From contig NC_087436.1 of NCBI RefSeq assembly GCF_036321535.1, forward strand, positions 77,068,001 through 77,132,000: 64,000 bases of DNA. The letters are read 5' to 3'. The first letter of the stretch is position 1; the number at the start of each line of letters is the position of its first letter. The DNA is from Camelus dromedarius. Taxonomy: Eukaryota. The notes under the pieces were generated by a model. The model was given only the letters and a program-made list of their open reading frames with translations, was not told the DNA's origin and searched no databases. Of the stretch, positions 52,071 through 64,000 are shown in pieces. Position numbers and translations under genes: made by a program.

Positions 52071-54560
52071 TATCATCAAATGAGCCTAATAGTTCATTTA
52101 CCTCTTTCTTGCTTCATTCTAGACTAACTTCCACTCAATTGCCCCACTTGAATCAGAGATGCTTTAGACAGGTAATATCAATGCCACTCAGCTGAGCTCA
52201 GGAACTTTAAAATAGTCACCATCCGCAGTAGGGCTAGGGTATGGGAATAGGGTCAAGTTCAGTAGGGGAGCAGGGCAGTATGGCAGTAATTTAGTACTTG
52301 TCATTTTATTTCCATTAAGTTTTTTTCTCATTTTGTTTGGGTTACAAACTGTAAGAAATTTGGAATAATTAAATGCAAGCTTATTTAACTACATAATTCC
52401 TCTTAAGTATATATTATTTTATTTTACTTTGCATATCACCAATTAATAAGTTTTAGTCTATTTATACCTATTAAAACCAATTTTAGCTTGGGAAATAGAA
52501 ATTAAAAATAATTTATTTTACTTTTAAAGTAATAATAAATCTGTAAATTTATTCTTCATCTCCTCTATAGGAAGTTTCTTTAACTGGCTTCCTGTGGGCT
52601 TTTTTAGTGATTGGCATGAAAAGTCCCAAAATTGGATATGGCCTTTTGTGTAAGATGTGCACAGTTCTGTAGTAAGAGCTTATTGTTTTAAAATTGGATC
52701 ATTAAAGAGTTATGCGACCCTAATAGGATTAAGACCTACTTTTCTCTAGGAGGTAGTTGCCACCATTACTGTAGTTTTTCCTTTTCCAAATCAAGGTACT
52801 GCATTAGAAAACAACTTAGGTTTCTAAACAAGATGGAGAGATACATTATAATATATTGGTGAAGGCATTTAGGGCATTTTGTTTTTATTTCAACTAGGCA
52901 TGAAGCTTAGAATTTGTATAAAAGAGCAAGGGAAGTCATACTCTTTTTTAAAAATTTTAAGTAGCAGATTCAAACATTATTTTTCATTAATTGCCTCAGC
53001 TTCCTGATGTGTTTTTTTGGTCTACTTGCATTTATTCACAAATGGTTATTAAATAGCTACTGTTTACCATATATTAAATACTATGAAATAGAAAGAAGAA
53101 TCATCAGTTGATCTTAAGGGATAGCTCTTTATTTGAACTTTACATTTCTCAGAAAAATTAGCACGTTTAATATGCTCGACAGCAAGCCATTGCAAAAGCT
53201 GCACCCCCAAAAAGAACCCTCAAAAACTGAAGGGGGTTGCTTTTTTAGCAGAGTTTGTTGAGCTGCCCAACTTACTCATGTTTCATTATTTCAGACCCCT
53301 ACTCGGATGCCGTTCCTTGGTTCTGAATTACAGTGCTTACCGTAAATGACTGTCTTTTTATTTCTAGTTTGATTCTTAATTCTACAAAATTTCTACTTTA
53401 ATTCTTCTACTATTCCTATCCATCCAACATCTTGTTAGGAAAAGTCTAAAATCTATTCTACATTGAAAACAGGCAGTGACTGTTTTTTATCTGTATTCTA
53501 TAAAGTGACATGGGCAGGATTTAGGTCCCAGGGTGTAATGTTAACAATTTAAGTGATCTGCATGGGAATAAGGAATGGCTGGGGGTGCAAAATCTGAAAC
53601 CTTGACCTTAGTAGCGTCATTTTTTAAAAAGCTGAATTAATTACTCAAAGAAAATAATATACAAATGTAGTAACTTATGAAGAAAATGTTTCCTTGGGAG
53701 AAAAATGAACTAATTATGGTAAAAATATTTCAGTAGAAACAACACTGCATTCTTTTAAAGTGAAATCATGAAAAGAGGTAAACTAATATTTCCAAAATTA
53801 TTGACACTCTATACACAATGTGTGTATTTTTCTTGGCCTTAAATGTTTTTTTCCACTAAATCAGATTCATTGCATTTGGCAGGATTTTCAGAAAGAGCAT
53901 GAGGTTATTTGTGGGATGGGTATTTGACATGTTCACACAATGTACAGTTCAGAGTTCAAAGCTGAAATCACAGGACTGTTTTTCTTGACAAGAATTCTCT
54001 CTGGCAAATTGCCTAGGAAAATTCTAGTAGGTTTCCATGCATCCCACCCAATATTCAACTAATGTTATAAAGTCAGTCATCAGCTGGGACTAATTGCTCT
54101 AGAATTATTTATCTGAATAAGAAGACTCTCCATTAGCCTTGTTCAAACAATAGGGCACATTTAATTGAAAGACCCAAGTATTCTTTTGCCTAAAAACTAA
54201 TGAGAAGATATATGTTGAATTTGTATCTTTGAGAATATGAAATATCTTAGACAATTGTTGGTAAGCTATAGTTATACAAGTATCTAATCTGTATATCTCA
54301 GTATAAAATCTGAGTAGGAACGTCCTAGAAATGTTTCTGCTTTAACTTCATTTGATGACATGTTACTGTTGCACTCTTATTATGTCATCAATATTCTTTA
54401 TTTGTTAATTTATTTTGGTGGCTACTGTGCTGAAGTTTTATGTCATTTTGAACTATAAACTCTGCCTTATGGAAGTATTATACCAAATTCAGAGACTATA
54501 GACTCAGATTGGCTATTATAGCATGAGTCTAAAATTTGATTTTAAGATTAAGTGTGAGCA

Positions 54561-55119
54561 TGTTGCTGAATCCAAGTTTGTGTGCCTGACACACAGTGAG
54601 GCCAAACAAAGCGAGATATCAAATTTTGGAGCAGAGAAAGCTTTATTGTGAGGGCCAAGCAAGGAGAATGGGCAGCTTGTACTCAAAAAACCCAAACTCC
54701 TTGGTGATTTTCAGGAATTTTTAATGGCAGAATTTGGGGTGAGGGCTGCAGGATGTATGACTTTCTTCTAATTGGTTAGTGGTGAAGTAACAGGGAGGTG
54801 TTCCAGGAATCTTGCACTCAGCCTGAAGTTATCATCTTCCACCTCGGTGGGGGCCTTACTTCCTACAGAAGAACTCAAAGGTATATTGTTATGTAGATCC
54901 CTTGAGGAGGACTTTGCACTTTATTGATGCACTATTGATTGAACAGCTTTTCCTTTGTTCCTACATTCCTTTACTCTCCTGAATAGTAACTGTTTGAATC
55001 TGCCCTTTGGAACTCAGGGAAGGTTTAGGAGGCTGAAGCCTTTTTCCTACAAAAAGAAAGTGGGGACACAAAAAGGTTTTTGTATCTGATGGGGCCCCAC
55101 AGGGTCCTGCTCACTGTCC
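54561..55119 (-). mobile_element. ERV1-type solo LTR
   Basis: tgttgctgaatcc start; TSD agca; same family group as 41023 and 42098. Confidence 0.85.
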
Positions 55120-55362
55120 AGCAGTCTACGAAATGTTGGATACTAATTTGATTCTGGTAGAGTTCTTTAGTGTCTTTCAATAGAATTAAATACTGCTTTT
55201 TGAAAGAAGTTGAGTTGGGATTAAGAGTTGTAATTTATAATATGTCATTGCAAAACGGCCATGTTTGTAAATATACAAAGATTAGGTAAAATAGGTAATC
55301 TGGATGTAAAGCAAAAAATTAGGGATGAAAATTTTTGTTTTATTTCCAAGTTTTCTTTTCTA

Positions 55363-55975
55363 TATACTGCTAGCTTGTTGCCCAAAGATTCCCCCCCCCC
55401 CCCCCCCCCCCCCCCGTCCCTGATGAGCCAGATAACCCAGAGACATGGTCTTGGAGCTTAGAAGAAAAGAGGCAATTTTATTGCTTTGCAGGACAAAGGG
55501 GACTCACAGCAGGCTAGTGCCTTCAAAACTGTGAACCCACCTTGGGGATGGGGTGGGGTGGTTATATAGCCATAGTTCAAACAATAAAGCATTGATAATT
55601 AGCAACAGAATCATTTTCTGATCAGAAGCCTTAGAATGTTGACATGATGCCTCCAGGCGACCAATTCTATTGAGGCCAGCAGTTAGATCTCTTTATATTG
55701 TAAGCACTCAAGGTGTGGTCTTGGTAATTCCAGCTATTTTGTAATGTTACAGTCCTGTGATCTTCTCCTTGGAGAAGGACTCCCAGACCAAGCTTGATTA
55801 TTACTTTCAATTATTAGAATAAAGTAGAAATAGTAAGATCAATAGCTTTAGTTTTAACAATGGGCCTGGAACTGTGAGTAGCAACCAGGTCAGTCAGGTC
55901 AGTTGACCGTTTAAAGGGCAAGCATAAGAATAAGCAATCTGTTAGCCTAAGTGCAGCCATTTTATTAATCCTTCA
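55363..55975 (-). mobile_element. ERV1-type LTR containing a C25 run
   Basis: gagacatggtcttggag...tttattgctttgcaggacaaagggg...gcagccattttattaatccttca; TSD not resolved. Confidence 0.65.
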
Positions 55976-56299
55976 AACTCTCTGAATTTTTTATGTAAAT
56001 TGGCGCGATCTAGAACCTGAGGCTTATAGCAAAGTTCTACTTTTCTAATCTAACAATATTTACGAACATTTCACCATCATAAAACATTTTTATTTTATTT
56101 TATATTTTTATATTTATATTAAAAGCTGAGATTCATTTATTAATATGTATTTATTGAACATGAATTATGTACCAGGCATTGTTCTAGTCTCTCATAATTT
56201 ATTCATGACTAAGATAGAAAACAATTCCTGCTATGTGATATTTTGCAGGAATATTGTCTTCTCTAGCATAAGAAGACAATAAGCAAAACAAACAAATTC

Positions 56300-57270
56300 A
56301 ATGGCCAGTTTCAGTTCTCATCTTCTTTGATATACAGCAGTATTCACAACGGCGGATCTTTTTCTCTATTTTGCAACACTTTCTTCACTTGGCTTTTGGA
56401 TTTTCCTAGGTTTTCTTTTCTGACTGTTCATTTATTTCTTTTACTGGTTCTTCCTTATCTTCTCAAGTTTTTAATATTGAAGTACTCCAGGGCTGTCCTT
56501 GAACTTCTCCTGCTTGTCTTCTTTGCATCCTTGATGATTGTATTTATTTTCATAGCTTTAAATACACTCTCTGCTCTGACAACTGCCTACTAATTAGCCT
56601 CCAACTTAGACTTCTCCACTGATCTCCAGATTCCTTATGGAATTGTTTTCTCCATATATCTTCTTGAATATCTGATACACATAAACTTCCTGATTGTCCC
56701 TTTCAAATTAGTTTGTCATGCAGGCTTTTCCATTTTTGTAAATGGTTACCCCAGCCAAAAATCTCAGAGTTATCATTCAATTCTCTGTCTCTTCTAACAC
56801 ATCTCTAATCCATTATCTTTTTGACCTCATTACCCCTCGTTTCTCTATCTCTAGCCATTCTAGCCTTCTTGCAGTTCCTTCTGTACATCAGATGTGGTTC
56901 AGCTTTAAGGCCTTTTGCTGGGAATCTCCTCTCTCAGATTTGCTCGTGGCACACTCCCTCCCATCCTTCACGGGTTTGTTCTTGAACTCGTCTCAGTGAG
57001 ACTTTCCCTGACCAATCTGTTTAAAAATTATACACCCCTTTTCCCCTATAGCTGTTGTCTCTTCCTTATTTATGTTGATTGCTAAGTTTTTCTATTTTGT
57101 GTTTATCCCTGTCTAACATGCTGTATATTTTATTTCCTTTGTACTGATTGATAGCTCCTCTCCCACCAGAGTGTGAGCTCTGTGGGCAGGAATTTTCATC
57201 TGTTTTGTTCTGTAGGTGGAATGGTATCTGGCACGTGGTAAGTCCTCAGTGGAATGTGGAGCTCCAGCAG
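56300..57270 (+). mobile_element. L2 fragment
   Basis: ccagtttcagttctcatctt, cttcacttggctttt, gagactttccctgacca, gagtgtgagctctgtgggcagg...tctggcacgtggtaagtcctcagt. Confidence 0.7.
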
Positions 57271-59019
57271 CAGAGGAACCACATCTCTGCAGGGTTTCCC
57301 TCTCTCCTTCTTGCCTCACCATTTCCCCTCCCTCCCACCCTGCCTGTCTTCCTCTTCCTTCCCACTTTCCACCTCCCCTCCCTTCCTCCTCCTCCTCCTT
57401 CATTGTTCTTAATAGGCTTGGAGAAGCCACTACATCAGTGCCCATTAACCTTACAGTTTGAATTCTGCTGCTGGCAGCTCAGCAGCCTTGAATGCCATTG
57501 ACATGTGGCTGCAAAAGTTCTGTTTTGTGGGTGGCTTGATCCTGTAGTGAGAGTCCCAGCTGCTGCCTGCCATCAGGCCTCTGGGTAACCCTCCTTTAGT
57601 GGATAGGAACATTCTCTGAATATCAAGGCCTATAACGGTAGCTCATTCATGAAAACATAATAAATATTTGTTGAATAAAGGAAGGAACATCTAATCTCAC
57701 TTACAGATAGGAAAATCTAAAAGCAAATAAAAATGGAAAATATTTTATGATGATAAAATATTGGTAATGAGCGCTTAGTTTTTTCTTTTGTTTATTTCAT
57801 CTGTGCTGTAAAAGAAAGTCTTCATAGTTTTTGGCAGAAAGTTCCCTGTTCTTATACAGTGCACACGTTATTTTTCTATATACTTTTGTTCATGTTAATG
57901 GGAATCTGGAGTTGGATGGAGGGGACTAAATATGCCTAGCTTGACATCTTTCCCAGAATATTTTCACCAATGTTTATGATTTGTAATAAGTGCTTTTTAA
58001 TAAAAAATATTTCTCAGCTTTTTTTTACTCACATTATATGCTTGACAGAGCACTAAATGACTTTGCTCTCAAAGTGGGCAAAAATTTTGCTTTCATCAAG
58101 GAATTAAAAAAAAAAATCTGTTCTTAGTGAGGCATGGCAGGCACTGAGCAGTTGTTTTCCTGCACTTACTGTGCTTAATTTTTCCTATTCATCTGTTAGT
58201 TCCCAAATATGCAGAACTGCAGAGGGAAAAAAAAGTATAAAAAGCTAAAGATGTGTGATTTCACCTAAGATATTATTTTGTGGAAACAATCTGGATGTGT
58301 CATATACCTGAGTGATTAAAATAAACGTTTTGTATATGTATGCAGACAAGTCATTAACTTGTGGACAGCCTTCTAAATAATGTATCTCAATAGTCTGTAG
58401 CAATATATTGCTAAAATTGATCCATGGTGATAGCTAAATACTGCTTCCAGGAATGAAAGAATAGAAAAGAGAAAAATTTGTGGAAAAATGAGAGGAATGC
58501 TTTACTTCAATCAAAGGACTGCTTTAAGTTCTGCTTTTCTCAGTTTCTCAAAACTACAAATGAATTATTTTGTTCTTCATATAAAAGCACAAATAACTTT
58601 GATGGTTATAAAGAAATAGTTCATTTATTTGTCATTGATTTAAATTACTTGAAAAACATTCCAGTTTTAAGCAAATAGTTACATGTCACAATGTCATGCT
58701 AAATGTACATTACTTTTTACTAAAATCTTAAATATAAGATTTGTTATAATATAAATATACAAATTCAATATAATATAAAAATTTCATAAATACTAATTAT
58801 TTCATTTGCCCTTAGAGTAACCTTCACACTGCGAGCGAGTTAAAAAGAGGATACCCAATTTTTATATTTTATTTGAAATTATAAAATAATTTTAAGAAAA
58901 TTTAATTTAGAACAGTTTTATTTTCTGTACAATAATTAGAAATTGTGTTGAAAAATTCTTGATTTTTATTATTTATTATTTATGTATTTTTAGTATTTTA
59001 TACATTTATTTTTATCATC

Positions 59020-62000
59020 TTTTTTATTGAGGTATAGTTGATTTACAATGTGTTAGTTTCAGATGTACAGCAAAGTGATTCAGTTACACATGTATCTATC
59101 TATCTATCTATTTGTGTATATATATACTTTTTCAGGTTCTTTTTCATTATAGGTGATTATAAGACACTGAATAGAGTTCCCTGTGCTACACAGTAGGTCT
59201 GTGCTGTTTATCTATTTCATACTATAGTAGTTAGTAGATGTTAATCTCAAACACCTAATTTATCCCTTTCCTCTCCTTTCCCCTTTGGTAATCATAAGTT
59301 TGTTTTCTGTTTCTTTAAGTCTATTTCTGGTTTGTAAATAAGTTTATTTGTGTCTTTTTTTTTTTTTTTTTTAGATTCCACATTTAAATGATATATGATA
59401 CTTGTCTTTCTCTGTCTGACTTATTTCACTTAATATGATCATCTTTAGGTCCATCCATGTCGCTGCAAATGGCATTATTTCACTCTTTTTTATAGCTGAG
59501 TAATATATCCCTGTATATATCTGCCACATCTTCTTTATCCATTCATCTGTCCATGGACATTTAGGTTGCTTGGCTATTGTAAATAGAGCTTCTGTCAACA
59601 ATGGGATGTGTGTATCTTTTCAAATTAGGGTTTCCTTGGGATATATACCTAGGAGTGGGATTGCTGGATCAGAGGGTAACTCTATTTTCAGTTTTTAAAG
59701 GAACTGCCATACTGCCATAGTAGCTGCACCAAACTGCATTCCCACCAACAGTGCAGGAGAGTTCTTTTTTCTCCATACTTTCTCCAGCATTTATTATTTG
59801 TAGACTTTTTAGTGATGGCCATTCTGAATGGAGTGAGGTGATATCTCATTGTAGTTTTGATTTGCATTTCTCTAATGATTTGTGATATTGAGCATCTTTT
59901 CATGTGCCTATTGGCCATCTGTACGTCTTCTATTTAGGTCTTCTGCCCATTTTTTGATTGAATTGCTTGTTTTTCTGATATTAAGCTACATGAGCTGTTT
60001 GTAGATTTTGGAAATTAATCCTTTGTTGGTCACATTGTTTGCAAATATTTTCTCCTATTCTGTAGGGTGTCTTTTCATTTTGTTTACGATTTTCTTTGCT
60101 GTGCAAAAACTTTTAAGTTTAAGTCTGGTTTGTTTATTTTTGCTTTTATTTCCATTACTCTAAGAGATAGATCCAAAAAAATATTGCTGGAATTTATGTC
60201 AAAAAGTGTTCTGCCTGTGTTTTGTTCTGAGAGTTTTAGAGTATCATGTCCTACATATAGGTCTTTAAGCCATTTTAAGTTTATTTTTGTGTATGGTATT
60301 AGGGAATGTTCTAGTTTCATTCTTTTACATGAAGCTGTCCAGTTTTTCCAGCATCACTTATTGAAGAAGAGACTGTCTTTTTTGCATTGTATACATTATT
60401 GTATGCTTTGTTATAGATTAATTGACCTTAAGTGCGTGGGTGTATTTCTGGGCTTTCTGTCCTGTTCCATTGATCTATGTGTTTGTTTTTGTGCCAATAC
60501 TATACTGTTTTGATTGCTGTAGCTTTGTAGTATAGTCTAAAGTCATGGAGCATGATTCTTTCAGCTCATTCTTCTTTTACAAGATTGTTTTGACTATTCA
60601 GGGTCTTTTGTGTTTCTGTACAAATTTTAAAATGTTTTATTCTAGGTCTGAAAAATGTCATTGGTAATTTGATGGAAGTTTCATTGAAGCCATTGATTGT
60701 CCTGGGTAGTATGGCTATGATAAACATATTGATACTTCCAATCCATGAACACAGTCTATCTCTCCATCTATTTGTGTCATCTTCAATTTCTTTTATCAGC
60801 ATCTTATAGGTTTTGGAGTACAGGTCTTTTGCCTTCATAGGTAGGTTTATTTCTAGGTGTTTTATTCTTTTTGTTGCAATGGTAGATAGGATTGTTTCCT
60901 TAATTCCTTTTTCGGAATTTTCATTGTTAGCATATAGAAATGCATTCTGAATATTGATTTGTATCCTGCAACTTTACCAATTTCATTGATGAACTCTAGT
61001 AGTTTTTTGGTAATGTCTTTAGCATTTTCTATGTATAGTATTATATCATCTACAAACAGTGACAGCTTTACTTCTTCTTTTCCAATTTGGATTTCATTTA
61101 TTTCTTTTTCTTCTCTGATTGTTGAGGATAGGACTCCCAAAACTATGTTGAATAAAATCAGTGAGACTGGGCATCCTTATCTTGTTCCTGATCTTAGAGG
61201 AAGAGCTTTCAGCTTTTCACCATTGAGTCTGGTGGGAGCTGTGGATTTGTCATATTGGCCTTTATTATGTTGAGGTATGTTCCCTCTGTTCCCACTTTCT
61301 GGAAGAGTTTGTATCATAAATGGATGTTAAATTTTATCAAAAACCTTTTCTGCATCTATTGAAATGATCATGTGACTCTTATTCTTCAGTTTGTGAATGT
61401 GGTGTATCACACTGAAATGTGGGTATTGAAAAATCCTTGCATCCTTGGGATAAATCCCACTTGATCATGGTGTATGATCTTTTTAATGTATTGTTGAAGT
61501 GGATTTGGTAGTATTTTGTTGAGGATTTTGAGTCTATGTTCATCAGTGATGCTGGCCTATAATTTTCTTTTTTTGTAATATCTTTGTCTGATTTGGGTAT
61601 CAGGGTGATGCTGGCCTCATAGAATGAGTTCAGAAGTGTTCCGTCCTCTGCAGTTTTTTGGAATAGTTTCAGATAGGCGTTAACTCTTCTCTAAATGTTT
61701 GATAATATTCAGCTGTGAAGCTATGGGATACTGGAATTTTGTTTGAAGTTTTAAATTACTGATTCAATTTCATTACTGGTAATTGGTCTGTTGACATTTT
61801 CTATTCCTTACTGGTGCAGTCATGGGAGATAGTACCTTCCTAAGAATTTGTCCATTTTGTCTACATTGTCCATTTTATTGGCCCATAGTTGCTTGTAGTA
61901 GCCTCTTATGATCATTTGTATTTCTGTGGTGTCAGTTGTAACTTGCTCCCTTTTTCATTTCTGATTTTACTCATTTGGGCCCTCTCCTTTTTTTTTTTTT

Positions 62001-63190
62001 TTTTTTTTCCTTGATGAGTCTGGCTAAAGTTTTATCAAATTCGTTTATGTTTTCAAAGAACCAACTTGTAGTTTCATTGATTTCTCTCTCTCTCTCTTTT
62101 TTTTTGTTCTCTATTTCATTTATTTCTGCTCTAAGCTTTATGATATCTTTCCTTTGACTAACTTTGGGTTTTGATTGGTCTTCGTTCTCTAGTTGCTTTA
62201 GGTATAAGGTTAGGTTGTTCATTTGAGATTGTTCTTGTTTCCTGAGTTAAGCTTGTATGGCTATAAACTTCCCTCTTAGAACTGCTTTTGCTGTGTCCCA
62301 GAGGTTTTGGATCATCGTGTTTTCATTTTCATTTGTCTTTAAGTATTGTTTGATTTCCTCTTTGATTTCTTCAGTAATCTATTGGTTGTTTAGTAGTATA
62401 TTGTTTAGACTCTACATGTTTGTGTTTTTTTTTAATTTTTTTTTTTTGTAGTTGATTTTTAATCTCATAGTGTTGTGGTTGGAAAAGCTGTTCTATATGA
62501 TTTCAGTTTTCTTAAATTTACTGAGACTGGATTTCTGACCAAGCATGTGATCTATTCTGGAGAATGTTCCATGTGCACTTGAGAAGAATGTGTATTCTGC
62601 TGCTTCCACATTGAGTGCTCTATAAGTATCAGTTAAGTCCATTTGATCTACTCTGTCATTTAAGGCCTGTGTTTCCTTATTGATTTTCTGTCTAGATAAT
62701 CTGTCCATTGATGTAACTGGGGTGTTAAATTCCCCCACTCTTGTTGTGTTACTGTTGATTTCTCCTTTCATGTCTATTAACATTTGCCTTCTATATTGAG
62801 GTGCTCCTATGTTGAATGCATGTATATTAACAATTTTTATATCTTCTTCTTGGATTGATCCTTTGATCATTATGTAGTGTCTTTCTTTGTGACAGTCTTT
62901 TTTTTAAAGTCTATTTTGTCTAATATAAATAATGCTACTCTGGCTCTCTTTTGATTTCCATTTGCATGGAATACCTTTTTCCATCCCCTCACTTTCAGGC
63001 TGTATGTGCCTCTAGATCTGAAGTGAATCTCTTTTAGGCAGAAAATATATGAGTCTTGTTCTTTATCCATTTAGTCAGAGTGTGTCTTTTGATTGGAGCA
63101 TTTAGTTCATTTAAATTTAAGATAATTATTGATATGTATGTTCTTATTGCCATTTTGTTAATTGCTTTGAATTTGTTTCTGTAGGTCTTT
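59020..63190 (-). mobile_element. ~4.2-kb L1 with degenerate full-length ORF2 and 3'UTR
   Basis: ORF2 start ATGGCAATAAGAACATAC at 63153. Minus-strand peptides cover EN (HFRSRGTYSLKVRGWKKVFHANG; FFSSAHGTFSRIDH), RT ([12 protein letters not shown]) and the C-terminus (IMPFAATWMDL), with many stops and frameshifts. Confidence 0.95.
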
Positions 63191-63264
63191 TTTTCCCCTT
63201 TTCTTCTTTTCCTTTTTTTTTTTTTTTTTTTTTTTTCTTTTTCAGCTTTTCTCCTTTCCTTCTC

Positions 63265-63450
63265 TCAGGAACAGCCAGATGGACAAGATGTATAGGGCAA
63301 GGTATATGGGAAGGGGCTCAGAGCTTCCATGCCTCTCTAAGTGCAGCACTCTCCTCAATCTACATGTGTTCACCAGCTTGGAAACCCCAATTCCTGTCCT
63401 TTTGAGTTTTTAATGGAGGCTTCATTACATTGGCCATTGGTTATTGTACT
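63265..63450. mobile_element. MER21-like LTR fragment
   Basis: ggaacagccagatggacaagatgtatagggcaaggtatatgggaaggggctcagagcttccatgcctctct. Confidence 0.65.
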
Positions 63451-64000
63451 AAATCTCCCTATTTTATATTTTTATTGTATGTGTATAGTGCTTCATGTTG
63501 CCAGTATCAGAAGTAAAATGCTGCCAATTTCTTCCATATGTTATACGTTTTTTAATATATCTTTGTTGTCTAACACAGTTGTGGTCTCATAGGAAGGACT
63601 CAATAAATGCTTACTTTGGTCAGTTCATTCATTCTTCCATTCAACAATTATTTACCAAATGCCTAGTATGTATCAGATATTTAATGCAAAAGATAAACTG
63701 TATATTTACATCTATTGATAAGAAAATTTATGTTTTGAGTGTTATGCCTTGTAAAATATTCTATAAATATTATTAAGTGAGCAGTTTTTCTTAAAATAGT
63801 GTGCTAGTCAACTTAGTTCTTATTGTTGTAAATATTGGTTCATGATATACAAACATGCTAGACCCCAATAATGTCATTTGTTTTAAGGTTGTAGCAAGGA
63901 CTATTTTTTTGCTCCCTGCTATCCATGATCCTTTTCTCCTATAATGGAAGGAGTCTTGTTTTGTAGCTAGACATGTGGCTACAGAGTAAGGACTACATTT

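Noticed and set aside
53295..53341. Candidate cassette exon ttttcag|acccc...ttacc|gtaaat
   Set aside because: Weak donor, 47 nt would shift the frame, and the peptide does not match CFAP299.
59371..63153. L1 ORF2 peptides as a potentially active element
   Set aside because: Broken into many short frames; 5'UTR and nearly all of ORF1 are absent.
1..64000. CRISPR arrays, rRNA/tRNA genes or prokaryotic operons
   Set aside because: The sequence is mammalian intronic DNA; tRNA-like motifs belong to SINEs, and the short tandem repeats have no spacers.

Overview
Mammalian genomic DNA, most likely a camelid (alpaca/llama/camel), judged from Vic-1-like tRNA-derived SINEs and camelid-type L1 3' ends. 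The window holds the 5' end of the ciliary gene CFAP299 (C4orf22) on the + strand: a CpG-island promoter (~880-2110), coding exon 1 (1105-1215), a ~16.7-kb intron 1, exon 2 (17915-18045), and the first ~46 kb of the very large intron 2. I found no exon 3. The rest is intronic and mostly interspersed repeats: L1s of several ages, L2, MIR, CR1/L3, MaLR and ERV-L elements including a degraded two-LTR ERV-L provirus, and a dense cluster of ERV1-type solo LTRs. There is also an antisense POLR2K processed pseudogene and a Y3 RNA pseudogene. I see no convincing new biological system. The most unusual items are retrotransposition footprints: a Y3-RNA/SINE chimera under one target-site duplication (TSD), a tail-less L1 insert covering only the endonuclease domain with an open 231-aa frame, a 26-bp templated insertion, and an LTR with a triplicated terminus. 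Repeat subfamily names come from recalled consensus motifs, not a database search, so boundaries are approximate unless a TSD is quoted.
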